Virus record (IMG/VR): IMGVR_UViG_3300034418_011550
Span: 1 to 64,000 of that record
Source: a virus
Reading direction: 5' to 3' (one strand)
Length of the DNA: 64,000 bases
The position numbers were made by a program, and so were the translations under genes. The notes under the pieces are model-generated. The model did not search any database. It saw nothing but the letters and a program-made list of their open reading frames with translations, and had not been told where the DNA came from. Shown piece by piece: positions 37,751-47,723 of this stretch (the stretch's first letter is position 1; each line of letters starts with the position of its first letter).

Positions 37751-40390
37751 ATGGCTAAAAACGTCCAAATAATACCAGCATCAGGAACTGTAGATTTTCA
37801 AGATGGAACTCAATCAGTTATCCTGACAATGAAAAAATCAGGAGCTGTAGCTACAGGTATTGATATTTCTGTAAATGGTAGTGCTCCTGTGAGTATTCAA
37901 GGTACTCAAGGCACTACAGGTACTCAAGGTACTACTGGTCCTCAAGGTACAACAGGTACACAAGGAACAACAGGTACTCAAGGTATTCAAGGACGTCAAG
38001 GTGTAACAGGTCCACAAGGTACTACAGGTACCCAAGGTACTACAGGTACTCAAGGAGCAACCGGAACTCAAGGCACTACTGGTACTCAAGGCACTACTGG
38101 TACTCAAGGTACTACAGGCGCGCAAGGTATACAAGGTATAACAGGTAACACAGGTCCTACTGGTCCAACAGGCCCACAAGGTACAACAGGTGCTACAGGT
38201 TCACAAGGTACTACAGGCGCGCAAGGTATACAAGGTATAACAGGTAACACAGGTCCTACTGGTCCAACAGGCCCACAAGGTACAACAGGTACACAAGGTA
38301 CTTTAGGTCCTGTAGGTCCACAAGGAGCAATAGGTGCTCAAGGTATTCAAGGTGTTATAGGTCCTGTAGGAGCAACAGGTCCACAAGGAACAACCGGGGG
38401 AACAGGTCCAACAGGTCCTCAAGGCACTACTGGTACTCAAGGAACTATAGGTGCTCAAGGTATCCAAGGACGTCAAGGTATAACAGGTAACACTGGAGGA
38501 ACAGGTCCAACAGGTCCTCAAGGTACAACCGGGGGAACAGGTCCAACAGGTCCTCAAGGCACTACTGGTACTCAAGGAACTATAGGTGCTCAAGGTATAC
38601 AAGGTAGACAAGGTATAACAGGTAATACAGGCCCAATAGGACCAGATGGTCCTACAGGTCCTACAGGTTCACAAGGTACTACAGGCGCACAAGGTATACA
38701 AGGTATAACAGGTAACACAGGCGGAACAGGCCCAACTGGTCCAACAGGTCCAACTGGTCCAACTGGTCCACAAGGTACAACAGGTGCTCAAGGTATACAA
38801 GGTAGACAAGGTATAACAGGTAACACAGGCGGAACAGGTCCAACAGGTCCTCAAGGTACTTTAGGTCCTATAGGTCCTCAAGGAGCTATTGGTGCTCAAG
38901 GTATTCAAGGTATTATAGGTCCTGTAGGAGCTACTGGACCACAAGGAACAACAGGTGGAACAGGTCCAACAGGTCCTCAAGGCACTACTGGTACTCAAGG
39001 AACTACAGGTGCTCAAGGTATACAAGGACGTCAAGGTATAACAGGTAACACTGGAGGAACAGGTCCAACAGGTCCTCAAGGTACGACCGGGGGAACAGGT
39101 CCAACAGGTCCAACAGGTCCTCAAGGTACAACAGGTACCCAAGGAGCTATTGGTGCTCAAGGTATACAAGGTCGTCAAGGAATAACAGGTAATATAGGCC
39201 CAATAGGACCAGACGGTCCTACAGGCCCTACAGGCCCAACAGGCCCACAAGGAACAACTGGTGGAACAGGTGCTCAAGGTATACAAGGTAGACAAGGTAT
39301 AACAGGTAACACTGGAGGAACAGGCCCAACAGGTCCTCAAGGAACAACTGGAGGTACTGGAGGAACAGGTCCAACAGGTGCTCAAGGTATACAAGGTATA
39401 ACAGGTAACACTGGAGGAACAGGTCCAACAGGTCCTCAAGGAACAACTGGAGGTACTGGAGGAACAGGTCCAACAGGCCCACAAGGAACAACTGGAGGTA
39501 CTGGAGGAACAGGCCCAACAGGTGCTCAAGGTATACAAGGTATAACAGGTAACACTGGAGGAACAGGACCAACTGGTCCACAAGGAACAACAGGTGGAAC
39601 AGGAGGTACAGGACCAACTGGTCCACAAGGTACTATCGGAGCACAAGGTATTCAAGGACGTCAAGGTATAACAGGAGACCAAGGAAACCCAGGTGTCCCT
39701 GGAACTCAAGGTACTACTGGAGCAACAGGTACTCAAGGAACTACCGGTGCTCAAGGTATCCAAGGACGTCAAGGTATAACTGGTGGAACAGGAGGAACAG
39801 GTCCACAAGGCACAGCGGGTAGTAATGGAAGCACAGGTCCAACAGGTCCACAAGGTACAACAGGCGGAACAGGAGGAACAGGTCCAACAGGCCCACAAGG
39901 AACAACTGGTGGAACAGGAGGAACAGGTCCACAAGGTGCAGCAGGTAGTAATGGAAGCACAGGTCCAACAGGCCCACAAGGTACAACTGGTGGGTTTACT
40001 ACAAACTCAAACGCTCAAATTAACTCATTAGGTGTTAATACAACTGCTCCAGGTATTGCTGGAGAAATTAGAGCAACAGGTAACATTATAGCATTCTACT
40101 CAGATGCTAGATTAAAAACTAATGTTGAAAAAATTGAATCAGCTTTAGAATTAATTTCTAAACTTAGAGGTGTAAGATACAATTGGACTGAAGAAGCTGA
40201 AGCAATGGCCCCTTCAAGAGCTGGTAAAACAGAAATTGGAGTTATTGCTCAAGAAGTTGAAAAAGTACTTCCTGAAATAGTAGTTGATTGGGATGAATAT
40301 AAGACAGTAGTTTATGATAGATTAACAGCATTGTTGATTGAAGCTGTTAAAGAATTAATAGATGAAGTAAACCAATTAAAAAATAAATAA
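37751..40390 (+). CDS. Collagen-like tail fibre with C-terminal S74 intramolecular chaperone
   Basis: About 232 Gly-X-Y triplets; [10 protein letters not shown]...[14 protein letters not shown]...LLIEAVKEL. Confidence 0.88.
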   Translation: MAKNVQIIPASGTVDFQDGTQSVILTMKKSGAVATGIDISVNGSAPVSIQGTQGTTGTQGTTGPQGTTGTQGTTGTQGIQGRQGVTGPQGTTGTQGTTGTQGATGTQGTTGTQGTTGTQGTTGAQGIQGITGNTGPTGPTGPQGTTGATGSQGTTGAQGIQGITGNTGPTGPTGPQGTTGTQGTLGPVGPQGAIGAQGIQGVIGPVGATGPQGTTGGTGPTGPQGTTGTQGTIGAQGIQGRQGITGNTGGTGPTGPQGTTGGTGPTGPQGTTGTQGTIGAQGIQGRQGITGNTGPIGPDGPTGPTGSQGTTGAQGIQGITGNTGGTGPTGPTGPTGPTGPQGTTGAQGIQGRQGITGNTGGTGPTGPQGTLGPIGPQGAIGAQGIQGIIGPVGATGPQGTTGGTGPTGPQGTTGTQGTTGAQGIQGRQGITGNTGGTGPTGPQGTTGGTGPTGPTGPQGTTGTQGAIGAQGIQGRQGITGNIGPIGPDGPTGPTGPTGPQGTTGGTGAQGIQGRQGITGNTGGTGPTGPQGTTGGTGGTGPTGAQGIQGITGNTGGTGPTGPQGTTGGTGGTGPTGPQGTTGGTGGTGPTGAQGIQGITGNTGGTGPTGPQGTTGGTGGTGPTGPQGTIGAQGIQGRQGITGDQGNPGVPGTQGTTGATGTQGTTGAQGIQGRQGITGGTGGTGPQGTAGSNGSTGPTGPQGTTGGTGGTGPTGPQGTTGGTGGTGPQGAAGSNGSTGPTGPQGTTGGFTTNSNAQINSLGVNTTAPGIAGEIRATGNIIAFYSDARLKTNVEKIESALELISKLRGVRYNWTEEAEAMAPSRAGKTEIGVIAQEVEKVLPEIVVDWDEYKTVVYDRLTALLIEAVKELIDEVNQLKNK
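37901..39991 (+). repeat. Collagen Gly-X-Y repeat ([18 protein letters not shown])
   Basis: In-register Gly codons from 37901 to 39989; internal block duplications. Confidence 0.9.
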
Positions 40391-41083
40391 ATGGCAATAC
40401 CTAGTACTAATGTTTATTTAGAAAATATTTATTGGGAAGCTCAATTTGGAGGAGGAAGTGGTAATCCTGGTAGTGGAATTAGTTTTGGAGACTTAGCAGG
40501 ATATTCTTATTTTGATGGTTCTAATGGTAGTGGTACTATATCCTACAACGCCTGGGGCCAAAATTCAGCAGGAGGTGTAAATAGAATATATGGCTTACCT
40601 ATAGCTGCTAACCCCGGACCTTATGAATTTAATGATTATAAAAGTTTAGTTTATTTTTATGATCAAAGTAGTTATCAAGTTACTTTAACTGTAATAAATA
40701 ACCTAGCTCCACCTCCACCTCCACCTCCTCCTATTAATAACGATGTACAAGACTGCAATTTATCCTTTTATGACAATTCAGGAACTTATCTTTATTTAGC
40801 AGGTAACTCAGGAGGAGTACCAACATTTAGTAGTTTTGGCCCTACAGACATATCACAAAATAATACCCCTATTATAGCCCAAGGTTATTGGTATATAGAT
40901 TTAAGTATGGATCCTGGTTTTGGAGGAGGTTCTTGTGACATAAGCATAAATGGAACAGGATATGTTACAGGAGCAGGAATAGGTGGAGGTAGTAACCTTT
41001 TTGATTGGAATACATATGGAGCGGCGGCTATAGCTAATGCTGGATCTTTTATTGGATTAGATGTGGTAGTAACTGTTTATTAA
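40391..41083 (+). CDS. Fibre-associated protein with poly-Pro linker
   Basis: 230 aa, G/S/N-rich, contains APPPPPPPPI. Confidence 0.6.
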   Translation: MAIPSTNVYLENIYWEAQFGGGSGNPGSGISFGDLAGYSYFDGSNGSGTISYNAWGQNSAGGVNRIYGLPIAANPGPYEFNDYKSLVYFYDQSSYQVTLTVINNLAPPPPPPPPINNDVQDCNLSFYDNSGTYLYLAGNSGGVPTFSSFGPTDISQNNTPIIAQGYWYIDLSMDPGFGGGSCDISINGTGYVTGAGIGGGSNLFDWNTYGAAAIANAGSFIGLDVVVTVY

Positions 41084-41085
41084 TT

Positions 41086-41283
41086 ATGCCTACTTATACT
41101 TTTATATCAACAAGACAATTTTTAGGTTATATACCTTCATCTACTTTAGAAGAAACCATTTTTAATAAATGTAAAGAAGTAAAATCTTTATATAGAATTA
41201 GCGGAGTTAACCCTAGATATTATTTTTACCTTACAACTTTTTTACAAGAATATTTTCAAGATAAAGTAGGAAATCCGGAATAA
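41086..41283 (+). CDS. Hypothetical protein
   Basis: 65-aa ORF filling the gap, 2 nt after the upstream stop. Confidence 0.5.
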   Translation: MPTYTFISTRQFLGYIPSSTLEETIFNKCKEVKSLYRISGVNPRYYFYLTTFLQEYFQDKVGNPE

Positions 41284-41285
41284 AA

Positions 41286-41316
41286 TTTGGTTTTTTAAAA
41301 TAAATTTGTTATATTA
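41286..41316 (+). promoter_or_regulatory. Putative host-sigma-type promoter TTTGG-N19-TATATTA
   Basis: tttgg 41286-90, tatatta 41310-16; heads the glycosylation operon. Confidence 0.55.
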
Positions 41317-41325
41317 TAATTAATT

Positions 41326-41907
41326 ATGTACTCTAGACCTATATTTGATCCTAATTTAGAAATTGATCAAACAAACTACTACTGGTTCGAAAATGGATTC
41401 TCTTCAGATGAAGCAGATGAAATCTTAAAACTTACAAAAGACTATGAATTTGAACAAGCTACTATTATATCTGGCAATACATCAGATATAAGAAATAGTA
41501 ATATCAAATGGATAGCACCAAGTGAAAATTCTTCTTGGATTTATGACCGTTTAATGGGTTGTATTAAAGAAGCTAATAGTGTTTGGAAATTTAATCTTTA
41601 TTCTGTTTTAGATGATATTCAATATACAGAATATAGAGGCGGTGGTGGACATTATAACTGGCATATAGATATCGGCCCAGGTTCAATTTCCCATCGTAAA
41701 GTATCAGTTATTGTACAACTTTCTGATCCTTCAGAATATACTGGAGGTGTTTTAGAAATTAGTTCAGGCAGTAACACCCAAAAAGTTTCAAATAAAAAAG
41801 GAGCAGTTATTGTTTTCCCTTCATTTTTACAACACAGAATAACCCCTGTAGCCTCAGGTTTAAGAAAAAGCTTAGTATTATGGGCTGGTGGAGAACACTA
41901 TAAGTAA
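41326..41907 (+). CDS. 2OG-Fe(II) oxygenase (prolyl-hydroxylase / PKHD-like)
   Basis: WHID (HxD), RKVSVIVQL, GGVL, FPSFLQHRITPV, R-x-S (RKSLV). Confidence 0.88.
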   Translation: MYSRPIFDPNLEIDQTNYYWFENGFSSDEADEILKLTKDYEFEQATIISGNTSDIRNSNIKWIAPSENSSWIYDRLMGCIKEANSVWKFNLYSVLDDIQYTEYRGGGGHYNWHIDIGPGSISHRKVSVIVQLSDPSEYTGGVLEISSGSNTQKVSNKKGAVIVFPSFLQHRITPVASGLRKSLVLWAGGEHYK

Positions 41908-41908
41908 T

Positions 41909-42898
41909 ATGATTGACAATTTAGTTAAATTAGTTTTAAATAAAGGAGGTTCTATATCTCATTTAAAGATTCCTTCAATTGATAGTAGAAATACAGGTTT
42001 ATGTAATCCCTCTATTTTTGTTGATAATGATGGAACTATTTTACTTAATTTAAGAAATGTAGGTTATCTTTTTTACCATTGTGAAAATGAACAAAAGTTT
42101 CAAGGACGTTGGGGCCCATTAGCTTATCTTCATCCTGAAAATGATCCACATTTAAGAACAACTAACTTTTTATGTATTTTAGATCCTAAAACTTTAGAAA
42201 TAAAATCATACAAAGAAGTAAACACTTCAGAGTTAGACATTGAACCAGTTTGGGAATTTATTGGGTTAGAAGATGCTCGAGTAGTTCGTTGGGATGGTGT
42301 TTTATATATTACAGGTGTTAGAAGAGATACTAAACCAAATGGAGAAGGTAGAATGGAACTTTCTGAAATAGATGATTATAGAACATCAAATGAAATCTCA
42401 AGAGTAAGAATAGAACCACCTAATGATCCTAATTCATATTGTGAAAAAAATTGGATGCCTATTAATGATATGGATTATTGTTATGTCAAATGGGCTAACC
42501 CAGTAGAAATTGTAAAAGTTGATCCTATTAAAGGAACTAGTAAAACTATATTTTTAGGTAAATTTAAAGAAATAAGTAAAAACCATGATTTAAGAGGTGG
42601 TTCATCTGTTGTGAAATGGAAAGATTATCGTTTATGTGTTGTTCATGAAGTAGATTTTTGGCAAAATGAAAATAATAATAAAGATGGTATTTATAACCAT
42701 AGAATAATTGTTTATGATAAAGATTGGAATATTGTAAAATATTCTGATGTATTTAAGTTTATGACTGGAAGAATTGAATTTGTTTGTGGAGCAGCGGTTG
42801 TGGAAAATGATTTAATTATCACTTATGGATTCCATGACAGCGCAGCTTTCGCTTTAAAAATCCCAGAAAATGTTGTAGAGGAACTAATCAATGGATAA
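41909..42898 (+). CDS. Five-bladed propeller glycoside hydrolase/phosphorylase-like (GH130/GT91-like)
   Basis: CNPSIF, GLEDARVV, EKNWMP, LRGGS, IEFVCG; start moved to 41909. Confidence 0.6.
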   Translation: MIDNLVKLVLNKGGSISHLKIPSIDSRNTGLCNPSIFVDNDGTILLNLRNVGYLFYHCENEQKFQGRWGPLAYLHPENDPHLRTTNFLCILDPKTLEIKSYKEVNTSELDIEPVWEFIGLEDARVVRWDGVLYITGVRRDTKPNGEGRMELSEIDDYRTSNEISRVRIEPPNDPNSYCEKNWMPINDMDYCYVKWANPVEIVKVDPIKGTSKTIFLGKFKEISKNHDLRGGSSVVKWKDYRLCVVHEVDFWQNENNNKDGIYNHRIIVYDKDWNIVKYSDVFKFMTGRIEFVCGAAVVENDLIITYGFHDSAAFALKIPENVVEELING

Positions 42899-44120
42899 TA
42901 TTTTAAAGAATTTTATAGATAATCCATATCATCCAGAAACAAATTTTGTATTTGGTGAACAATATTATCAAGAAGGACATAAAGCAGCCGCTTTGTCTTT
43001 ATTTTTAAGAGCAGCAGAATATGGTTTTGATAAAGATTTAACATATGAAGCTTTAATTAAAGTAGCTTTATGTTTAAAAGAAATAGAAGGACGTCCTCAT
43101 TCAACTAGAGGAGCTATCTTAAATGCTATTACTTTTGATCGTGAACGTCCTGAAGCTTATTATCATTTAAGTTATGATTATCAAGTTAAAGGAGAATGGC
43201 AAGAATCATATTTAGCAGCTGTTCAAGGTTTAGATAAAATAAAAAATATCAAACCTACTTTAACTAGTATTGATTTTCCTGGTGAATATGCTTTAATATT
43301 CCAAAAAGCAGTAGCAGGATGGTGGATTGGATATTGTGATGAGTCAAGAAAATTATTTAATCACTTATTACAGGAATATTCTATGCGTCCTGAATTTGTA
43401 GAAGCTTGCTATAATAATTTATCTACAATTCATGGGATTCAATATCCAACGTTAACTTATACTAAAGAAGAACACTCAAAATTAAGATACAAATTTAAAA
43501 ATTCTGAAAAAATTGAGAAAAATTATTCCCAAACTTACCAGGATTTGTTTGTATTAAGTATGTTAGATGGAAAAGAAAAAGGCACTTATGTTGAAATAGG
43601 AGCAGCTGATCCTTTCCATAATAGTAATACAGCTTTATTAGAAAAAGAATTTAACTGGACAGGGGTATCATTAGAAATCAATGAAGAAGAAGTAAATAAA
43701 TTTAACTCTCAACGTTCTAACGCGTGCCTTTTACAAGATGCTACAGTTGTCAACTATGAAGAGTTATTTGTTAATAACAACTTTAGTGAGGTTATAGATT
43801 ACCTTCAAGTTGATTGTGAACCGGCTGAAATAACATTTAAAGTGTTACTTTCAATTCCTTTTGATAAATATAAATTTAGAGTAATCACCTTTGAACATGA
43901 TTATTATTTAAATCATTCTTTAGATTATAGAAATCTTTCTAGAAAATTCTTAGAAGCTCATGGTTATAAAAGAGTAGTAGGAGATATAGCTCCTGACTCA
44001 AATAGTACATTTGAAGACTGGTGGATACATCCTGAATTAGTAGATTCTGAAATTTTTACAGCAATGGTAGATTATTCTGAAAAAATTAAAAGAGCAGATC
44101 ATTATATATTAAATGGCTAA
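42891..44120 (+). CDS. TPR-like repeat + FkbM-family methyltransferase fusion
   Basis: Helical N-half (FLRAAE, RPEAYY); C-half YSQTYQD, YVEIGAAD, DYLQVDCEP, ITFEHD. Confidence 0.75.
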   Translation: MDNILKNFIDNPYHPETNFVFGEQYYQEGHKAAALSLFLRAAEYGFDKDLTYEALIKVALCLKEIEGRPHSTRGAILNAITFDRERPEAYYHLSYDYQVKGEWQESYLAAVQGLDKIKNIKPTLTSIDFPGEYALIFQKAVAGWWIGYCDESRKLFNHLLQEYSMRPEFVEACYNNLSTIHGIQYPTLTYTKEEHSKLRYKFKNSEKIEKNYSQTYQDLFVLSMLDGKEKGTYVEIGAADPFHNSNTALLEKEFNWTGVSLEINEEEVNKFNSQRSNACLLQDATVVNYEELFVNNNFSEVIDYLQVDCEPAEITFKVLLSIPFDKYKFRVITFEHDYYLNHSLDYRNLSRKFLEAHGYKRVVGDIAPDSNSTFEDWWIHPELVDSEIFTAMVDYSEKIKRADHYILNG

Positions 44121-44958
44121 TCAAGATTGGAAAATAACACCCTATGCTACTATGGAGATTACAACTAATCTACCTAAAAAAGGCTGTGTTGTTGATTGCA
44201 TTTTTTGTCCTCAAAGAACTTTAGTTAAAAATTATAATGGAACCCGTCATTTATCTTTAGATGACTTTAAAAGAGCAATAGATAAAATCCCAACAGAAGT
44301 TAGAATTACTTTTGCTGGTTTTACTGAACCTTGGACTAATAGGCATTGTACTGATATGTTACTTTACGCTTATGAAAAAGGACATAGAATAGCAGCATTT
44401 ACTACAGCTGTAGGAATGACAGTAGATGATGTAGAAAGACTTAAAGATGTTTCCTATGATAATGGTCCTAACGCTGGTTTTGTTTTACATTTACCTGACC
44501 AAGAAAGATTAGCAAAACATCCTATAACTCCTCGTTATATAGAAGTTATTGAAGCTTTCGGGCTCTATCAAGATTCTTTTAACACATTTCATTTAATGTC
44601 AATGGGTACTGTCCATGAATCTATTAATCATATTTTTAGTCATGCTAGCAATCCTGAAATGTGGTCTAGAGCAGGAAACTTAATAGGTGAAGCCATTCTA
44701 AAACCAGAACTGCTAAATGTTAAAGAATTATTCAGATCAGTATATCATGGTGAGTCACCTAAAACATGCGGCTGTATAGAAAATTTATACCATAACGTGA
44801 TGCTTCCAAACGGAGATGTATCTTTATGTTGTATGGATTATTCTTTAAGTTATATTATAGGAAATATGTTTGAACAAGAATATGAAGATGTTATTCCAAA
44901 ATTAAATTCTTGTTATGATATGTGTCGTTATTGTGAAAATGGAATTAACCCTAATTAA
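44113..44958 (+). CDS. Radical SAM protein with SPASM/twitch domain
   Basis: CVVDCIFCPQ (CxxxCxxC), FAGFTEP, C...PNGDVSLCCMD...IGN...CRYC. Confidence 0.88.
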   Translation: MANQDWKITPYATMEITTNLPKKGCVVDCIFCPQRTLVKNYNGTRHLSLDDFKRAIDKIPTEVRITFAGFTEPWTNRHCTDMLLYAYEKGHRIAAFTTAVGMTVDDVERLKDVSYDNGPNAGFVLHLPDQERLAKHPITPRYIEVIEAFGLYQDSFNTFHLMSMGTVHESINHIFSHASNPEMWSRAGNLIGEAILKPELLNVKELFRSVYHGESPKTCGCIENLYHNVMLPNGDVSLCCMDYSLSYIIGNMFEQEYEDVIPKLNSCYDMCRYCENGINPN

Positions 44959-44961
44959 AAT

Positions 44962-45963
44962 ATGAAATCAATAATTATAGTTTCTGCTTATTGCCCTGAT
45001 GATGAAAGAAAAACAATGCTTGAAAATTGTATTAATTCTCTTCAACCTATTAGAAAAGATTTTGATATTTTAATTTCAAGCCATTCTTATATTCCTGAAT
45101 ATATTAGTAAAAAAGTAGATTTTACTTTTTATGATGCTAACAATGATTTAATATATGATTGGGATTTAATGAATCTTCCATGGTTTTCACCTTATGAAGG
45201 TTTACATATAGTTTCTTCATTAATATCTAATTTTAGTACTTATTCTGCTTGTAATAGAATAATAATGGGTGGTTTAGGTATAGCTAAAAATTTTGGATAT
45301 GAAAAAGCCCATTATATAGATTATGATGCTATTATTAATGATTATTCTGAGTTTTATGAAAATAATGAATTACTAAATAAGTATGTAACAATCCAATATA
45401 AAAAAGAATACAGAAATTTTGATTGGAATGTTGAAGGTGGTGTAGGTGTTTTCCAATCAATAAATTTAAATAAAATAAATAAAATTTTTACAACATATGA
45501 TGAAAAAGAGTTATTAAAAATTCTAAAAGAAGCCCCTAATAAAACAAATGAAATTATATATCAGGATTTATATAAATTAGATGGAGAGGAAATATTGTAT
45601 AAAAACTGGGATGATTTACTAAATCAAGGAAACATATTTAATCAATCTATATCTACACAAAAAGATGATTTAAATGATTGGACTGTTCCTTTTTATGATA
45701 CTAAAACAGGTAAATTAAATGTTATTGTTTGGAACTCTAAAAAAGATTATCCTATTAATACTAGTTTTATTATAAATCAAGAAAAAATAATCACAATAAA
45801 CAATATAAACAAATACCAATGGAGTATAAGAGAAGTAGATGATATCAATAATGTTAATGAAATATTAATTATTGTTGATAACAAAATTAAAAACCACATC
45901 CTAATAAACACCCCAGAATTAAAAGAGAAATTTAAACGTAATAATCAAACACAATATAATTAA
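44962..45963 (+). CDS. Putative GT-A glycosyltransferase-like protein
   Basis: N-terminal IIIVSAY strand, HYIDYD (DxD). Confidence 0.5.
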   Translation: MKSIIIVSAYCPDDERKTMLENCINSLQPIRKDFDILISSHSYIPEYISKKVDFTFYDANNDLIYDWDLMNLPWFSPYEGLHIVSSLISNFSTYSACNRIIMGGLGIAKNFGYEKAHYIDYDAIINDYSEFYENNELLNKYVTIQYKKEYRNFDWNVEGGVGVFQSINLNKINKIFTTYDEKELLKILKEAPNKTNEIIYQDLYKLDGEEILYKNWDDLLNQGNIFNQSISTQKDDLNDWTVPFYDTKTGKLNVIVWNSKKDYPINTSFIINQEKIITINNINKYQWSIREVDDINNVNEILIIVDNKIKNHILINTPELKEKFKRNNQTQYN

Positions 45964-46887
45964 ATGAAAAAAATAGCTTTAATAACTAGTTTTTGCAATA
46001 ATAAGGAAAAAATTAATGTGTTAAAAAATAAATTAGAGACATTAAAAAATCTTAATATAGATACAATCCTTTATACAGCTATCCACCTCCCAGAAAAAAT
46101 TTATAAAAAAGCAGACTATACTATAATTTCAAAAGAAAACCTAGTATTTGATTGGCCTATAAAAGCTTACTATCAATGGACTGATATTATTATTGGAAAC
46201 CTAAACATTAAAATGAGTCGCACATACCCAGATTATGGTTATGCTGTTTTAAATCAAATTAAAAAAATGGCTAATTTAGCTTTATCTATGGATTATGATC
46301 ACTTTTTTATAATAGATTATGATACTCATATCACTGATGAAGTAAAAAATATTCTTTTAGACAGTAAACCAAATAGTTTTTTTCCATCAAAAAGAGAAAC
46401 ATCTGTTTGGCCTATAGGACTTCATTTAATATCTTTAAATAAAACTTATTTAAATAGGTTTAAAAATCTAATAACCCCAGAATCTTATCTAACTGAAAAA
46501 AATGGAGATGCTTTTTCATGGACTCATAAAGCTATAAAATTTATTCCTGCTGTTATTGAAAATGTTGAACCTATAGAAGATTTAGTTTATAATTTTAATG
46601 AGTTTGATTTTTTTAATTATTCTACAACAAATGAGTATAAATTATTTATTCATAAAACAGACTTTGATAATATAAAACTTCTTTTTTATGAATTTGAAGG
46701 AGTTAAAAATATAAAAATTATAAGTGATAATTTTGAAAAAGAATTTAATTTAAAAACTTGGGAACATATTGAATTACCATTTAATACTTGTTCTTTATTA
46801 AAAATTTTATGTAATGATGAAGAAATTGATTATACAAAAAACATAATTTCTATTGGACAAAATATTTTAACAATTAATAATATATGA
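45964..46887 (+). CDS. Putative GT-A glycosyltransferase-like protein (paralogue of upstream gene)
   Basis: IALITSFC, FIIDYD (DxD). Confidence 0.5.
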   Translation: MKKIALITSFCNNKEKINVLKNKLETLKNLNIDTILYTAIHLPEKIYKKADYTIISKENLVFDWPIKAYYQWTDIIIGNLNIKMSRTYPDYGYAVLNQIKKMANLALSMDYDHFFIIDYDTHITDEVKNILLDSKPNSFFPSKRETSVWPIGLHLISLNKTYLNRFKNLITPESYLTEKNGDAFSWTHKAIKFIPAVIENVEPIEDLVYNFNEFDFFNYSTTNEYKLFIHKTDFDNIKLLFYEFEGVKNIKIISDNFEKEFNLKTWEHIELPFNTCSLLKILCNDEEIDYTKNIISIGQNILTINNI

Positions 46888-47723
46888 TAAATGTAACTTA
46901 TAATAGAGAAAATAATTCAACTTTAGTAGAATTAAATAATTTAACTTTAATTAAAGAACACCTTCCATTAACTATCCAATTTAAAAATATTATTTCAAAA
47001 GAAATCCATTATGAAGTTAAATTAACAGACAATTGTTGGGCAGAATGGAAAGGTGGAGAATTTATTACTGATGTTTTGATTTATTCTTCTAATGGGACTT
47101 TATTACATGAACATAAATGGGATGTCACTGTTAATGGAGATATTCATGAAAAAATGTTATGGTACTATTTAAAAGGTAGACAATTACAAGGATTAAAATC
47201 TAACGGTTTAGTTATTGGTGCTCATGATGGAAGAAACGGACATTGGATATACCCCGTTAAAGAAAATTTAACAGAAGCTACTTTAATTGACGGTAGTGAT
47301 AACCAGTTTAAAAAACTAGAAGAAAATTATTTTAATTATTTAAATACAAAATTTAAAAATATTATAGTTACAACAGATGGATCTGATGTAGAATGGTATC
47401 AAGGCGGAGAAGGCTATACAGATACAGTAATACCATCAGTAATCAATGAATGGTTAGACTCTTCAGAAATAACTAAAACGTATAGAAAAAGTATATCAAT
47501 TAATGATTTAATAAAAGATCAAAATTATGATTGGTTACATTTAGATGTAGAAGGTTTAGATGGAGATTTAATTTTAGCTTTGGAATCTAGACCTAATTTA
47601 ATAATTTATGAAGATGAAAATTTAGATATAATTACTAAAGCTAAGCTTGATATTTGGTTTTTAGCAAATTCTTATAAAACAATTAAACACACTTGTAATA
47701 CACTAGCTATTAAAAATGACTAA
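46884..47723 (+). CDS. Beta-domain + FkbM-like methyltransferase
   Basis: LVIGAHDG, LHLDVEG, IIYE. Confidence 0.65.
   Translation: MINVTYNRENNSTLVELNNLTLIKEHLPLTIQFKNIISKEIHYEVKLTDNCWAEWKGGEFITDVLIYSSNGTLLHEHKWDVTVNGDIHEKMLWYYLKGRQLQGLKSNGLVIGAHDGRNGHWIYPVKENLTEATLIDGSDNQFKKLEENYFNYLNTKFKNIIVTTDGSDVEWYQGGEGYTDTVIPSVINEWLDSSEITKTYRKSISINDLIKDQNYDWLHLDVEGLDGDLILALESRPNLIIYEDENLDIITKAKLDIWFLANSYKTIKHTCNTLAIKND

Noticed and set aside
37838-40031. Cys/Trp/Thr-rich and Leu-rich ORFs over the collagen gene
   Set aside because: Frame shadows of Gly-X-Y codons.
37901-41907. Classical collagen prolyl-4-hydroxylation by the 2OG oxygenase
   Set aside because: Pro is almost only at X, while canonical P4H targets Y; kept only as a modified hypothesis.
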